NCBI GenBank assembly: GCA_963728945.1
Contig: CAVSMA010000001.1
Span: 837,572 to 901,571 of the forward strand
Origin: an uncultured Actinomycetota bacterium
Lineage (GTDB): Bacteria > Actinomycetota > Actinomycetes > Mycobacteriales > CADCTP01
DNA: 64,000 nt
Direction of reading: 5' to 3'
Shown: positions 9,575 to 19,516 of the stretch, piece by piece
Layout: each line of letters begins with the position of its first letter
How positions within the stretch are numbered: the first letter of the stretch is position 1
Notes under the pieces: generated by a model
What the model was told of the DNA's origin: nothing
What the model saw: the letters and a program-made list of their open reading frames with translations, nothing else
Databases searched by the model: none
Made by a program: the position numbers and the translations under genes

Positions 9575-10777
9575 ATGCCCTTCGACGTTGCCCGCGTTCG
9601 CGGACTCTTCCCGACGCTGGGCGACGGCTACATCCACCTCGACGGGCCGGCCGGGACGCTGATCCCGGAGGGGGTGGCCCGCGCAGTGTCGGCGGCGTTG
9701 CGGGTGCCGCTGTCCAACCGGCACGGACCATTCCCGTCCTCGGCCCGGGCCGACGCGCTCGTCGATGCGGCCCGACGGGCCTTCGCCGACCTGGTCGGCG
9801 GCGAGCCGGCCGGAGTGGTCCTCGGCCCCAACATGACCACGCTGACCTACGCGATCTCCCGCGCCCTGGCCAAGACCTGGAAGGTCGGCGACGAGATCGT
9901 GGTCAGCCGGCTCGACCACGACGCCAACGTGCGGCCCTGGATCGCCGCGGCCAGGTCGGCCGGGGCGGTGGTGCGCTGGGCCGAGATCGACATCGAGACC
10001 TGCGAACTGCCCGAGTGGCAGTACGACGAGCTGATCAACCGGCGCACCCGGCTGGTCGCCGTGACCGCGGCCAGCAACGCCGTCGGCACCCGGCCGGACG
10101 TGCGGGCGATCGCCGAGCGGGCCCATCGGGTCGGCGCGCTGACCTACGTCGACGGCGTGCATGCGACCGCGCACGGCCCGGTCGACATGGCCGCGATCGG
10201 CGCCGACTTCTGGGCGACCAGCGCGTACAAGTGGGGCGGGCCGCACATCTCGGCCGTGATCGCGGCGCCGGCGGTGCTGGAGACGCTGTCCCCGGACAAG
10301 CTGGTGCCCTCGCCGGACGAGGTCCCGGACCGGTTCGAGACCGGGACGCCCGCGTTCGAGCTGATGGCCGGCGCGGTCGCCGCGGTCGACCACCTGGCGG
10401 CCCTGGACGACGCCGCGACCGGCTCGCGCCGGCAGCGAGTGCTCGCCTCGATGGCCGCGGTCAAGCGATACGAGGCCGCGGTGTTCTCCCGGCTCGACAA
10501 CGGGCTGCGCAGCCTGCTGCACGTGTACGTGCTGGGCTCGCCACAGGACCGGGCGCCGACCGTGTCGTTCTCGGTCGAGGGCTGGAAGCCGCGCGCGGTG
10601 ACCGAGGAGCTGGCCCGGCGCGGGATCTGCGCGTGGGACGGCGACTACTACGCGTACGAGCTGATGGAGAGCCTCGGCGTGGGTGAGCTCGGCGGCGCGG
10701 TCCGGGTGGGGCTGGTGCACTACAACACCGCGCACGAGGTCGACCGCCTGCTCGATGCCCTGGCCGAGCTGCGCTGA
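9575..10777 (+). CDS. class V aminotransferase / cysteine desulfurase-like protein
   Basis: 400 aa. The PLP-lysine region is ATSAYKWGGPH. Overall NifS/CsdA-like layout (IHLDGPAGTL..., VDGVHATAHG). Confidence 0.8.
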   Translation: MPFDVARVRGLFPTLGDGYIHLDGPAGTLIPEGVARAVSAALRVPLSNRHGPFPSSARADALVDAARRAFADLVGGEPAGVVLGPNMTTLTYAISRALAKTWKVGDEIVVSRLDHDANVRPWIAAARSAGAVVRWAEIDIETCELPEWQYDELINRRTRLVAVTAASNAVGTRPDVRAIAERAHRVGALTYVDGVHATAHGPVDMAAIGADFWATSAYKWGGPHISAVIAAPAVLETLSPDKLVPSPDEVPDRFETGTPAFELMAGAVAAVDHLAALDDAATGSRRQRVLASMAAVKRYEAAVFSRLDNGLRSLLHVYVLGSPQDRAPTVSFSVEGWKPRAVTEELARRGICAWDGDYYAYELMESLGVGELGGAVRVGLVHYNTAHEVDRLLDALAELR

Positions 10778-10824
10778 GTCATTCCGGCGCGCGACTCCGG
10801 CGGGGAGTCGGCGGTCGGCGTGGC

Positions 10825-11799
10825 TCAGACGGCGAGCAGGACCTTGCCGATGTTGTCGCCGGCTTCGACGACGCGGTGCGCTTCGGCGGCATCGCGCAGG
10901 GGAAGCACGCGGTCGATGACGGGGACGACCGCGCCGGACTCGACCAGCGGCCAGACCCGCTCCCGCACCGCGGCCACGATCGCCGCCTTCTCCGCCGCCG
11001 GCCGCGCCCGCAGGACCGTGCCGATGACCTGCGCCCGCTTGCGGGTCAGCATGCCGAGGTCGATCTCCGCCTTGGCGCCGCCCTGCAGGCCGATGATCGC
11101 CAGCCGGCCGTTGGCCGCGAGCGCCTCGATGTTGCGGGCCAGATACTTCGCGCCCATGAGGTCGAGGATCACGTCGACGCCGGCGACGGTCTCCTCGCGG
11201 ACCCGCTCGACGAAGTCCTCGGTCTTGTAGTCGATCGTGACGTCCGCGCCGAGCTCGCGGCAGCGGGCGAGCTTCTCCGGCGTACCGGCGGTGCACAGGA
11301 CGGTCGCACCGAGCGCCTTCGCGACCTGGATCGCGTGCGTCCCGATGCCTGAGCCACCACCGTGCACGAGAAACGTCTCGCCCTTGCTGAGGTGGGCGAG
11401 CTGGCCGACGTTCGACCAGACCGTGCAGGCGACCTCGGGCAGCCCGGCGGCGTCCCGCAGGCTCACCGGCGCCGGTTTCGGCAGCACCTGACCGGCCGGG
11501 ACCGCCACCCTGGTCGCATACCCGCCGCCGGAGAGCAGCGCGCACACCTCGTCGCCGACCTGCCAGCCGGTCACGCCGTCGCCGAGCGCGGCGATCCGGC
11601 CCGAGCACTCCAGTCCCGGGTACGGCGGAGCGCCCGGGGGCGGCGGGTAGAAGCCCTGGCGCTGCATGAGGTCGGCCCGGTTGACCGCGCTCGCGGTGAC
11701 GTCGACGAGCACCTCACCGGGCGCCGGCTCAGGGTCCGGCACGGTCTGCCAGGTCAGCACCTCGGGCCCGCCGCTGCGCGGGATCGTGATCGCGTCCAC
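10825..11799 (-). CDS. NAD(P)H:quinone oxidoreductase (zeta-crystallin/MDR family)
   Basis: 324 aa. GroES-like N-terminal domain (EVLVDVTASAVNRADLMQRQGFYPPPPG) and Rossmann motif VHGGGSGIGTHAIQ. Confidence 0.85.
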   Translation of the reverse strand: MDAITIPRSGGPEVLTWQTVPDPEPAPGEVLVDVTASAVNRADLMQRQGFYPPPPGAPPYPGLECSGRIAALGDGVTGWQVGDEVCALLSGGGYATRVAVPAGQVLPKPAPVSLRDAAGLPEVACTVWSNVGQLAHLSKGETFLVHGGGSGIGTHAIQVAKALGATVLCTAGTPEKLARCRELGADVTIDYKTEDFVERVREETVAGVDVILDLMGAKYLARNIEALAANGRLAIIGLQGGAKAEIDLGMLTRKRAQVIGTVLRARPAAEKAAIVAAVRERVWPLVESGAVVPVIDRVLPLRDAAEAHRVVEAGDNIGKVLLAV

Positions 11800-11892
11800 C
11801 GGCCCACCCTAGGAGGTTTGACAGCCAGCCACTGTGGTGAATACTGTTTACTAGTACGAACGCCGACAACCAACTCTGCACGGGAGGACGTC

Positions 11893-12369
11893 ATGGCTCA
11901 GTCGCCGGTCCGGGCGTCGGACGTCGATCGGGAGCGGGTCGCCGAGATCCTGCGCAGTGCCGCGGGGCAGGGCCTGCTGACGCTGGCCGAGGTCGACGAG
12001 CGGTTGGCCCAGGTCTACGGGGCGATGTACGTGGCGGACCTGGCGCCGCTCACCGCCGACCTGCCCGAGGGCGGCCGCCGGTTGGCGCCGGTCGACCCGC
12101 AGGTCCGGTTCCGGGCGCGCGCGGTCGCCCGCGCCCATCTGGTTGGCTACGCGGGCTTGGTGCTGCTGATGGTCGCGATCTGGGTCGCGACCGGCGCCGA
12201 CTACTACTTCTGGCCGGTGTGGCCGGCGATCGGCATGCTGCCCGCGCTCGTCTCCCATCTCGCGGCCGCCCGGTGGGCCGGCGACCCGTCGCGCACCTGG
12301 GTGCCACGCATCCCCGGCGGCTGCGGCGCCAAGGCCATCGCCCACCACCGCCCCCGCATCCCGGCCTGA
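11893..12369 (+). CDS. DUF1707 domain membrane protein
   Basis: ATG at 11893. VRASDVDRERVAEILRSAAGQGLLTLAEVDERL is the DUF1707 signature, followed by two hydrophobic helices. Confidence 0.7.
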   Translation: MAQSPVRASDVDRERVAEILRSAAGQGLLTLAEVDERLAQVYGAMYVADLAPLTADLPEGGRRLAPVDPQVRFRARAVARAHLVGYAGLVLLMVAIWVATGADYYFWPVWPAIGMLPALVSHLAAARWAGDPSRTWVPRIPGGCGAKAIAHHRPRIPA

Positions 12370-12390
12370 TCGGTCGGCCGAACGTGCCGG

Positions 12391-12430
12391 GTCGGCTGCG
12401 CGGCCGGGCCTGGTTGGCCGCGCAGCCGAC
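12391..12430. terminator. bidirectional stem-loop between convergent genes
   Basis: Perfect 15-bp inverted repeat GTCGGCTGCGCGGCC (12391-12405) / GGCCGCGCAGCCGAC (12416-12430) with a 10-nt loop, lying between the stop at 12369 (+) and the stop at 12509 (-). Confidence 0.55.
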
Positions 12431-12508
12431 CGGACGATCTCCCACGCCTGATCGTGCGTCAGCTCAGTAGGTCGCCAGTACGACGAGTGGCCCGGGGTGG
12501 CCGGGTGA

Positions 12509-13171
12509 TCAGGGGCGGCCGACGCCGACGGGGTGGCCGACCGAGCCGGCATCCGGCAGGAGCCGGAGGATCGCGGTGGCGACGTCGGCCCGCGTGATCG
12601 ACAGCCCCGGCACCAGCCGGTCCACTCCGAGCACCGGCTCTCCCGTCCCGGCCCCGTCGGTGAGCCGCTCCGGCCGAACCGTCGTCCAGTCCAGTCCGGA
12701 CTCCCGCAGGATCGTCTCCATCCGCTCCAGGTCGGCGTAGTGCGCGCCGAACAGCGCCCACGCCACCCGCCGGAGCACCGTCCGGAACAGCAGCGACCCG
12801 TCGGTGAACAGCGGCGCCGCGCTGACCGCGACGATCCTGGTGACCGCCGCCTCCTGCATCGCCATCACGGCTGCCCGCACCCCCCGCGAGTTGACGGTCG
12901 GGTCGCCGGAGCGCCCCTGCGGCCCGAGCGCCGACACCACGGCGTCCCGCCCGCTCACCGCGCCGATGAGCTCCCCGGGCGAGAGCGTGTCGACGACGGC
13001 GACCTGCAGGCGTCCCGGCCCGCCGACCGGCACCCGTTCCCACTCCCGCACCGCCGCGCCGCCGCGGGCGGAATCCCTGATCACTGCGGTGACTTCGTGA
13101 TCGGCGTCGATCGCCTGCCGCACGAACTCGCGCCCGATCCCGCCGCTGGCTCCGATCAGCGTCACCCGCAT
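12509..13171 (-). CDS. NAD(P)H-binding protein (atypical SDR)
   Basis: MRVTLIGASGGIGREFVRQAI glycine-rich Rossmann N-terminus. 220 aa. Divergent from a TetR gene. Confidence 0.8.
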   Translation of the reverse strand: MRVTLIGASGGIGREFVRQAIDADHEVTAVIRDSARGGAAVREWERVPVGGPGRLQVAVVDTLSPGELIGAVSGRDAVVSALGPQGRSGDPTVNSRGVRAAVMAMQEAAVTRIVAVSAAPLFTDGSLLFRTVLRRVAWALFGAHYADLERMETILRESGLDWTTVRPERLTDGAGTGEPVLGVDRLVPGLSITRADVATAILRLLPDAGSVGHPVGVGRP

Positions 13172-13244
13172 CGTGCCGCACCTCCAGTGAGTGAATGTTC
13201 ACTTACCGAGGAAGGGTGAGTGAATAACCACTAACCTGTCAAGC

Positions 13245-13841
13245 GTGAACGAGAGCACACGGGACCGGATCCTCGACGCCGCGGCGGACGTGATGACCCG
13301 GCTCGGGCTGGCCAGGGCGACCACCAAGGAGATCGCCCGCGCGGCCGGCTGCTCTGAGGCGCTGCTCTACAAGCACTTCCGGGAGAAGGAGGAGATCTTC
13401 CTCGGCGTGCTGAAGAACCGGCTGCCGAACCTCACCGCGACGCTCGCGACGCTGCCCGCGAAGGCCGGCACCGGGTCCGTACGGGAGCGCCTGATCGAGG
13501 TGGTCGACCTCGCGGTCCGCTTCTACGAGGGCGGGTTGGCGATCGGCAGCTCGATGCTCGGCGACCCGGAGCTGGTCCGCCGGCACCGCGACTGGCTGGT
13601 CAGCCGCGGCGTCGGCCCGCAGATGGCCAACCGGTGGCTGGCCGACTACCTGCGCGCCGAGCAGAAGGAGGGTCGGGTGGCGGGCGGCGTCGACGCCGAC
13701 GCGGCGGCGGCACTGCTGCTCGGCGCCAGCTACCAGCGGGCGTTCCTGCTCCGACTGATGGGGGAGGAGCCGCTCAGCCCGCCGTCCGCCGAGTTCACCG
13801 GCAGCGTGGTGGACGCGGCCCTGCGTGGACTCGATCCCTGA
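13245..13841 (+). CDS. TetR-family transcriptional regulator
   Basis: N-terminal HTH RILDAAADVMTRLGLARATTKEIARAAGCSEALLYKHF. 198 aa. Confidence 0.85.
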   Translation: MNESTRDRILDAAADVMTRLGLARATTKEIARAAGCSEALLYKHFREKEEIFLGVLKNRLPNLTATLATLPAKAGTGSVRERLIEVVDLAVRFYEGGLAIGSSMLGDPELVRRHRDWLVSRGVGPQMANRWLADYLRAEQKEGRVAGGVDADAAAALLLGASYQRAFLLRLMGEEPLSPPSAEFTGSVVDAALRGLDP

Positions 13842-14763
13842 TCTGATGGCGCGCATGCAGCGGGCCGAGATCAGCGAGATCGTGCAGCGGGCCGGCGACC
13901 TGGTCGCCGAGCACTACGTCTTCGCCGATGTCGGCGCGCGGCTGCGCGACCTGTTGACCGACCGGGCCTCCGACGGCGCGTACGGCGCGCTGGTCGACCC
14001 GCCGGCGCTGGCCGGCGTGGTGACCGAGGACCTGCAGTCCCTCAACGGCGACCTGCACCTGCGGCTGCGGCACCACGCCGGGCCGCTGCCGGAGCAGTGG
14101 GACGAGGCGGCCGACCGGGCGGCACGGGCCCGGGATGCGGCCCGCTCGCTCCACGGGGTCGCGAAGATCGACCGGCTCGACGGCAACGTCGTGCATCTCG
14201 TGATCGCGCCGCAGCTGTTCCCGGTGCAGCTTGCCGGGGCGACGCTCAGCCTGGCGATGCAACTGGTGGCCAGCGCCGACGCGCTGCTGCTCGACCTGCG
14301 GGAGAACCGCGGTGGCGATCCGCGCACGGTCGCGCTCCTCTGCGGCTACCTGATGGACGAGCCGACCCACCTGGTGACCATGCACCAGCGGGACACCGGC
14401 GAGACCGTGCAGTCGTGGTCGCTCGCGTACGTGCCCGGGCCGCGGTTCGGCCCCACCAAGCCGCTGTACGTGCTGGTCGGGCCGACCACGTTCTCCGGCG
14501 CGGAGGAGCTCGCCTACGACCTGCAGCAGCTGCGGCCCGGCAGCACCGTGGTCGGCGAGCGCACCCGCGGCGGCGCCCACCCGTGCGAGGGCTACCGCCT
14601 GCATCCCCAACTCGAGCTGACCGTCCCGGTCGCCCGCGCGATCGGCGCCACCACCGGCGCGAACTGGGAAGGCACCGGGATCACCCCCGACGTCCCGGTC
14701 CCCGCCGCCGACGCCCTCCCCACCGCCTACCGCCTCGCCCTCGCCGCCCTCGGAGCCCAGTAG
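13825..14763 (+). CDS. S41-family peptidase-like protein (IRBP/tail-specific protease type)
   Basis: LLLDLRENRGGD, VGPTTFSGAEELAYDL and GERTRGGAHP are S41 core motifs. GTG 13825 overlaps the TetR end; ATG 13846 is an alternative start. Confidence 0.78.
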   Translation: MDSIPDLMARMQRAEISEIVQRAGDLVAEHYVFADVGARLRDLLTDRASDGAYGALVDPPALAGVVTEDLQSLNGDLHLRLRHHAGPLPEQWDEAADRAARARDAARSLHGVAKIDRLDGNVVHLVIAPQLFPVQLAGATLSLAMQLVASADALLLDLRENRGGDPRTVALLCGYLMDEPTHLVTMHQRDTGETVQSWSLAYVPGPRFGPTKPLYVLVGPTTFSGAEELAYDLQQLRPGSTVVGERTRGGAHPCEGYRLHPQLELTVPVARAIGATTGANWEGTGITPDVPVPAADALPTAYRLALAALGAQ

Positions 14764-14766
14764 GCG

Positions 14767-15927
14767 TCAGTAGGAGCGGGGGAGGCCGAGGGTGTGGGTG
14801 CTGACGAAGTTGAGGATCATCTCGCGGCTGACCGGGGCGGTGCGCACGAGCCGGGTGGCACCCCACAGCGTCGCCAGGCCGTACTCGGTGGCAAGGCCGT
14901 TGCCGCCGTGCACCTGGATCGCCTGGTCCAGCGCCGCCAGCGCCGCCTCCGCCGCCGCGTACTTCGCCATGTTCGCGGCCTCGCCCGCCGCGGCATCGTC
15001 GCCGGTGTCGTAGAGCCAAGCCGCCTTCGACGTCATCAGCCGGGCCAGCTCGACCTGGATCGCCGCGTGCGCGAGCGGGTGCGCCAGGCCCTGGTGGCTG
15101 CCGATCGGCACGCCCCACACCTGCCGGGTGTTCGCGTACGCCGACGCCTTGTCGAGCGCGTACCGGCCGATCCCGTTGGCGAACGCGGCCCCGGTGATCC
15201 GTTCCGGGTTGAGCCCGGCGAACAGCGCCGCGAGCGCCGCGTCCGCGGTCTCGCCGACCATCGCGTCGGCCGGCAGCCGCACGTCGTCGAGGAACAGCGC
15301 GAACTGCTTCTCCGGGCCGGTGATCTCCACCGGGATCAACGTCTTCTCGAAGCCCGGCGCGTCCGTCGGCACGATCGCGAGTGCCGGCCGCAACGTCCCG
15401 GTCCGGGCGTCCTCGGCCCGCCCGACCACGAGCACCGCGTCGGCCTCGTCCACCCCCGAGATGTAGGTCTTCCGGCCGGCGAGGATCCAGTCGTCCCCGT
15501 CCCGCCTCGCGACGGTGGACAGCCGGTGCGAGTTGGAGCCGGCGTCCGGCTCGGTGATCGCGAACGCCATCTTCGTCGTGCCGCTGGCCAGCGCGGGCAG
15601 CCAGCGTTCCTTCTGCTCGGCCGTCCCCGACCGGCCGATGACGGACCCGCAGATGGCCGGCGAGACGACGATGAACAGCAGCGGGCAACCGGCGGCGGCC
15701 AGCTCCTCGGCGACGATCGCGAGCTCGACGATGCCGTGCCCGCCCCCGCCGTACTCCTCCGGGATGCTGACGCCGAGGTAGCCGAGCCGGCCGACCTCGT
15801 CCCACAGCTCGCGGGTCTTCTCGCCGGCCCTGGCCTTGCCCAGCCAGTACGGATGGCCGTAGCGCGCGGCAAGCTCGGCGACCGAGGAACGCAGCAGCAG
15901 CTGCTCGGCGGTCTCGGCGAAGTCCAT
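14767..15927 (-). CDS. acyl-CoA dehydrogenase
   Basis: 386 aa. Typical ACAD layout (LGYLGVSIPEEYGG..., ITEPDAGSN, C-terminal helical domain QVHGGNGLATEY). Its ATG overlaps the upstream stop (ATGA at 15925-15929). Confidence 0.9.
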   Translation of the reverse strand: MDFAETAEQLLLRSSVAELAARYGHPYWLGKARAGEKTRELWDEVGRLGYLGVSIPEEYGGGGHGIVELAIVAEELAAAGCPLLFIVVSPAICGSVIGRSGTAEQKERWLPALASGTTKMAFAITEPDAGSNSHRLSTVARRDGDDWILAGRKTYISGVDEADAVLVVGRAEDARTGTLRPALAIVPTDAPGFEKTLIPVEITGPEKQFALFLDDVRLPADAMVGETADAALAALFAGLNPERITGAAFANGIGRYALDKASAYANTRQVWGVPIGSHQGLAHPLAHAAIQVELARLMTSKAAWLYDTGDDAAAGEAANMAKYAAAEAALAALDQAIQVHGGNGLATEYGLATLWGATRLVRTAPVSREMILNFVSTHTLGLPRSY

Positions 15928-17924
15928 CAGCCCTCCTCGATCACGGCCAGCACGTCACCGGCGTCCACGTGGGACCCGGTCGTCACCCGCAACTCGGCCA
16001 GCACGCCGTGGGACGGCGCCAGCACCGGGTGCTCCATCTTCATCGCCTCCAGCGCGAGCAACTGCTGCCCGGCGCTGACCCGGTCGCCCTTGGCCACCCG
16101 CACCGCGACGACCTGACCCGGCATCGGCGCGGTCAGCGAGCCGGCCGGCAGCGCCGCCACCGGCTCCGGCAGCGGGTCCACCTCGCCCAGCGCGACCGCC
16201 CACCCCGGACCGTCCACATAGGACATCGGCCCGACCGCGTGCACCCGGTACCCGACCCGCACGCCGTCCTCGACGAGCACGACGGTGTCCGGGGTCGCGC
16301 TGACCACGGTCACCGGCGCCGGCCGGTAGCTGACGGTCACGTCCCCGTCCGGTCCGGCGTACGTGGCCGTGGCCGGCTGCGACGGGTTGTTCCGCCAGCC
16401 GGCCGGCACGCTGCGCTGCACGGCTGCGCTCGCCCGCCGCCGCGCCGACCCGGCCAGCGCCGCCACCAGCGCCGCGGTCGCCACCTCGGCCGGACCGGCC
16501 AGCGGTGCCCGCAGCTCGGGCTGCTCGTCCAGGAAGCCGGTGTGCGGGCCGGCCGCGAACCCGTCCGATCGCAGCACCCGCACCAGCAGGTCCCGGTTCG
16601 TGACCAGCCCGTGCAGCGAGGTGCCGGCCAGCGCGGCGGCGAGCTTCCGGGCGGCGGCCGCCCGGCTCGGCCCGTGCGCGACGACCTTGGCCAGCAGCGG
16701 GTCGTAGTGCGCGGACACCGCGTCCCCGTCGACCACGCCGGCGTCGACGCGCACGCCGCCGGGCACCGCGATCCGGTGCAGCGTGCCGGTGGACGGGCGC
16801 CAGCCGGCGGACAGTACGCCGGGGGTTCCCGGGGGTGTCCCCCGGGGGTCTGGGTCCTCGGCGTAGAGCCGGGCCTCGATCGCGTGCCCGCGCACGGGAG
16901 GCGGCGCGTCGAACGGCAGCGGACCCCCCTCGGCGATCGACAGCTGCAGCGCGACCAGGTCGAGGCCGGTGACCGCCTCGGTCACCGGGTGCTCGACCTG
17001 CAGCCGGGTGTTCATCTCCAGGAACGCCGGCTCGCCGCCGGCATCCTCGTCGGCACTGACGAGGAACTCGACCGTGCCGGCGCCGACGTAGCCGACCGAG
17101 CGGGCGGCCGCGACCGCGGCGGCGAACAGCCGCTGTCGCAGCGGGTCCGGGATCGCGGCCGGCGCCTCTTCGACGATCTTCTGGTGTCGGCGCTGCACGG
17201 AGCAGTCCCGCTCACCGACCGCGACGACGCTCCCGTGGCGGTCGGCGAGCACCTGCACCTCGATGTGCCGCGACCGCTCCAGCCAGCGCTCGACGAAGAC
17301 CAGCCCGTTGCCGAACGAGGCCGCCGCTTCGCGTTCCGCGGCCGCGACGGCGTCGGCCAGCTCGCCGGGAACCCGTACCACCCGCATTCCCCGGCCACCG
17401 CCGCCGTGGGCGGCCTTGACCAGCAGCGGGTAGCGTGCGTCCGCCGGCACCTCGCCCGGCGCCCAGGACGGCAGCACCGGCACCCCGGCCGCCGCGACCA
17501 GCGCCTTGGCGTCCACTTTGGACCCCATCGACGCGATCGCCGCCGGCGGCGGGCCCACCCAGACCAGGCCCGCGTCCAGCACCGCCTGCGCGAACACGGC
17601 GTCCTCGGCCAGGAACCCGTAGCCGGGATGGACGGCGTCCGCACCGGCCTGCCGGGCCGCGTCGACCAGCAGGTCGGCCCGCAGGTAGGTGTCCGCCGAC
17701 GCGGTGCCGGGAAGCTCGACCGCGGCGTCCGCCTCGGCGACCCAGGCGCCGCCACTGTCCACAGTGGAGTACACTGCGACCGGCGAGATCCCGAGCGAGC
17801 GGCAGGTCCGGATCACCCGCCGGGCGATCTCCCCCCGGTTGGCGATGAGCAGCCGCCGGATCTCCACCCGGTCCTCGGCGCTGGTTGCTCCCGGTTCGCG
17901 CTGCGAGCCCTCGCGCCCGCTCAT
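15927..17924 (-). CDS. acyl-CoA carboxylase alpha subunit (biotin carboxylase + biotin carboxyl carrier domain)
   Basis: Start ATG 17924 inside the 776-aa track ORF. IRRLLIANRGEIARRVIRTCR, ATP-grasp GGGGRGMRVV, and the C-terminal biotinylation motif LALEAMKMEH. Confidence 0.9.
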   Translation of the reverse strand: MSGREGSQREPGATSAEDRVEIRRLLIANRGEIARRVIRTCRSLGISPVAVYSTVDSGGAWVAEADAAVELPGTASADTYLRADLLVDAARQAGADAVHPGYGFLAEDAVFAQAVLDAGLVWVGPPPAAIASMGSKVDAKALVAAAGVPVLPSWAPGEVPADARYPLLVKAAHGGGGRGMRVVRVPGELADAVAAAEREAAASFGNGLVFVERWLERSRHIEVQVLADRHGSVVAVGERDCSVQRRHQKIVEEAPAAIPDPLRQRLFAAAVAAARSVGYVGAGTVEFLVSADEDAGGEPAFLEMNTRLQVEHPVTEAVTGLDLVALQLSIAEGGPLPFDAPPPVRGHAIEARLYAEDPDPRGTPPGTPGVLSAGWRPSTGTLHRIAVPGGVRVDAGVVDGDAVSAHYDPLLAKVVAHGPSRAAAARKLAAALAGTSLHGLVTNRDLLVRVLRSDGFAAGPHTGFLDEQPELRAPLAGPAEVATAALVAALAGSARRRASAAVQRSVPAGWRNNPSQPATATYAGPDGDVTVSYRPAPVTVVSATPDTVVLVEDGVRVGYRVHAVGPMSYVDGPGWAVALGEVDPLPEPVAALPAGSLTAPMPGQVVAVRVAKGDRVSAGQQLLALEAMKMEHPVLAPSHGVLAELRVTTGSHVDAGDVLAVIEEG

Positions 17925-19516
17925 CGGAACACCCCGTAGCCGCGGGTGCCCTGCCAGGCCGAGGAGTGCACGGCCGACAGGCACAGCCCGAGCACGGTCC
18001 TGGTGTCCCGCGGGTCGATCACGCCGTCGTCGTACAGCCGACCGGACATCGCGAACGCGACCGACTGCGCCTCGATCTGCTCCTCGACCGCCCGCCGCAT
18101 CGCCTCGTCGCCGGCCTCGTCGTAGACCTGCCCGCGCGCGGCCGCGGCTTGCCGGGCCACGATCGAGAGCACCCCGGCCAGCTGCGCCGGCCCCATCACC
18201 GCCGACTTGGCCCCCGGCCAGCTGAACAGGAACCGCGGGTCGTACGCCCGCCCGCACATGCCGTAGTTCCCGGCCCCGTACGAGGCACCCATCACCACGG
18301 TCAGGTGCGGCACCCGCGAGTTCGACACCGCGTTGATCATCAAGGCGCCGTCGCGGATGATCCCGGCCTGCTCGTACGCGCTGCCGACCATGTAGCCGGT
18401 CGTGTTCTGCAGGAACACCAGCGGCGTGTCGGTCTGGTTGGCCAGCTGGATGAACTGCTGCGCCTTCTGCGACTCCTCGCCGAACAGCACCCCGCGCACG
18501 TTGGCGAGGATGCCGACCGGGTAACCGTGGATCGACGCCCAGCCGGTCAGCAGCGACGGCCCGTACGCCGGCTTGTGCTCGTCGAACCGGGAACCGTCCA
18601 CCACCCGGGCCAGCACCTCCCGCGGATCGAACGGCACCCTGGGGTCGCCGCCGGCGATCCCGAGCAGCTCGTCCGGGTCGTACAGCGGCTCGTCCGGCGG
18701 TTCGGTGGGACCGGGGCCGGCCTTGCGCCAGTTGAACCGGGCGACGATCCGCCGGCCGATGCGCAGCGCGTCCCGCTCGTCGCTGGCGAGGTGGTCGGCA
18801 AGGCCCGAGACGCGGGCGTGCATCTCCGCCCCGCCGAGCGACTCGTCGTCCGCGTCCTCGCCGGTGGCCATCTTCACCAGCGGCGGACCGCCGAGGAACA
18901 CCTTCGACCGCTCCCGGATCATCACCACGTGGTCGCTCATGCCGGGCACGTACGCGCCGCCGGCGGTCGAGTTGCCGAAGACCAGCGCCACCGTCGGGAT
19001 CCCGGCCGCGGACAGCTGGGTGAGGTCACGGAACAGCCGGCCGCCGGGGACGAAGATCTCGGCCTGGCTGGGCAGGTCGGCACCGCCGGACTCGACGAGG
19101 TTGACCAGCGGCAGCCGGTTCTCCCGGGCGATGTCGTGGGCCCGGAACGCCTTGCGCACCGTCCACGGGTTGCTCGACCCGCCGCGTACGGTCGGGTCGT
19201 TGGCCGTGATCACACACTCCACACCGGACACCACGCCGATGCCGCTGACCAGCGAGGCGCCGACGGTGTAGTCGCTGCCCCAGGCGGCGAGCGGGGACAG
19301 CTCCAGGAAGGCAGAGTCGCGGTCGAGCAGCAGCTCGATCCGCTCCCGGGCCAGCAGCTTGCCCCGGCCCCGGTGCCGCTCGACGTACTTCGGCCCGCCA
19401 CCGGCGCGGGCCTTCGCCAGCTCGGCGGCCAGGCCGGCCAGCTGCCGCAGGCTGTTCTCGTACGCCTCGCCGTAGCCCGGTGCCGATCTGTCCACAGTGG
19501 AGGGTAGGACGGTCAC
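17921..19516 (-). CDS. acyl-CoA carboxylase carboxyltransferase (beta) subunit, methylcrotonyl/geranyl-CoA carboxylase-like
   Basis: The GTG at 19516 overlaps the upstream stop (GTGA). KLLARERIELLLD, ANDPTVRGGS and FGNSTAGGAYVPGM are carboxyltransferase motifs. Confidence 0.9.
   Translation of the reverse strand: MTVLPSTVDRSAPGYGEAYENSLRQLAGLAAELAKARAGGGPKYVERHRGRGKLLARERIELLLDRDSAFLELSPLAAWGSDYTVGASLVSGIGVVSGVECVITANDPTVRGGSSNPWTVRKAFRAHDIARENRLPLVNLVESGGADLPSQAEIFVPGGRLFRDLTQLSAAGIPTVALVFGNSTAGGAYVPGMSDHVVMIRERSKVFLGGPPLVKMATGEDADDESLGGAEMHARVSGLADHLASDERDALRIGRRIVARFNWRKAGPGPTEPPDEPLYDPDELLGIAGGDPRVPFDPREVLARVVDGSRFDEHKPAYGPSLLTGWASIHGYPVGILANVRGVLFGEESQKAQQFIQLANQTDTPLVFLQNTTGYMVGSAYEQAGIIRDGALMINAVSNSRVPHLTVVMGASYGAGNYGMCGRAYDPRFLFSWPGAKSAVMGPAQLAGVLSIVARQAAAARGQVYDEAGDEAMRRAVEEQIEAQSVAFAMSGRLYDDGVIDPRDTRTVLGLCLSAVHSSAWQGTRGYGVFR

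Noticed and set aside
9419-11608. 729-aa (-) ORF, and the 556-aa (+) ORF 9016..10686
   Set aside because: Extremely Arg/Gly/Pro-rich. They overlap the class V aminotransferase and quinone oxidoreductase genes, which have clear motifs in other frames.
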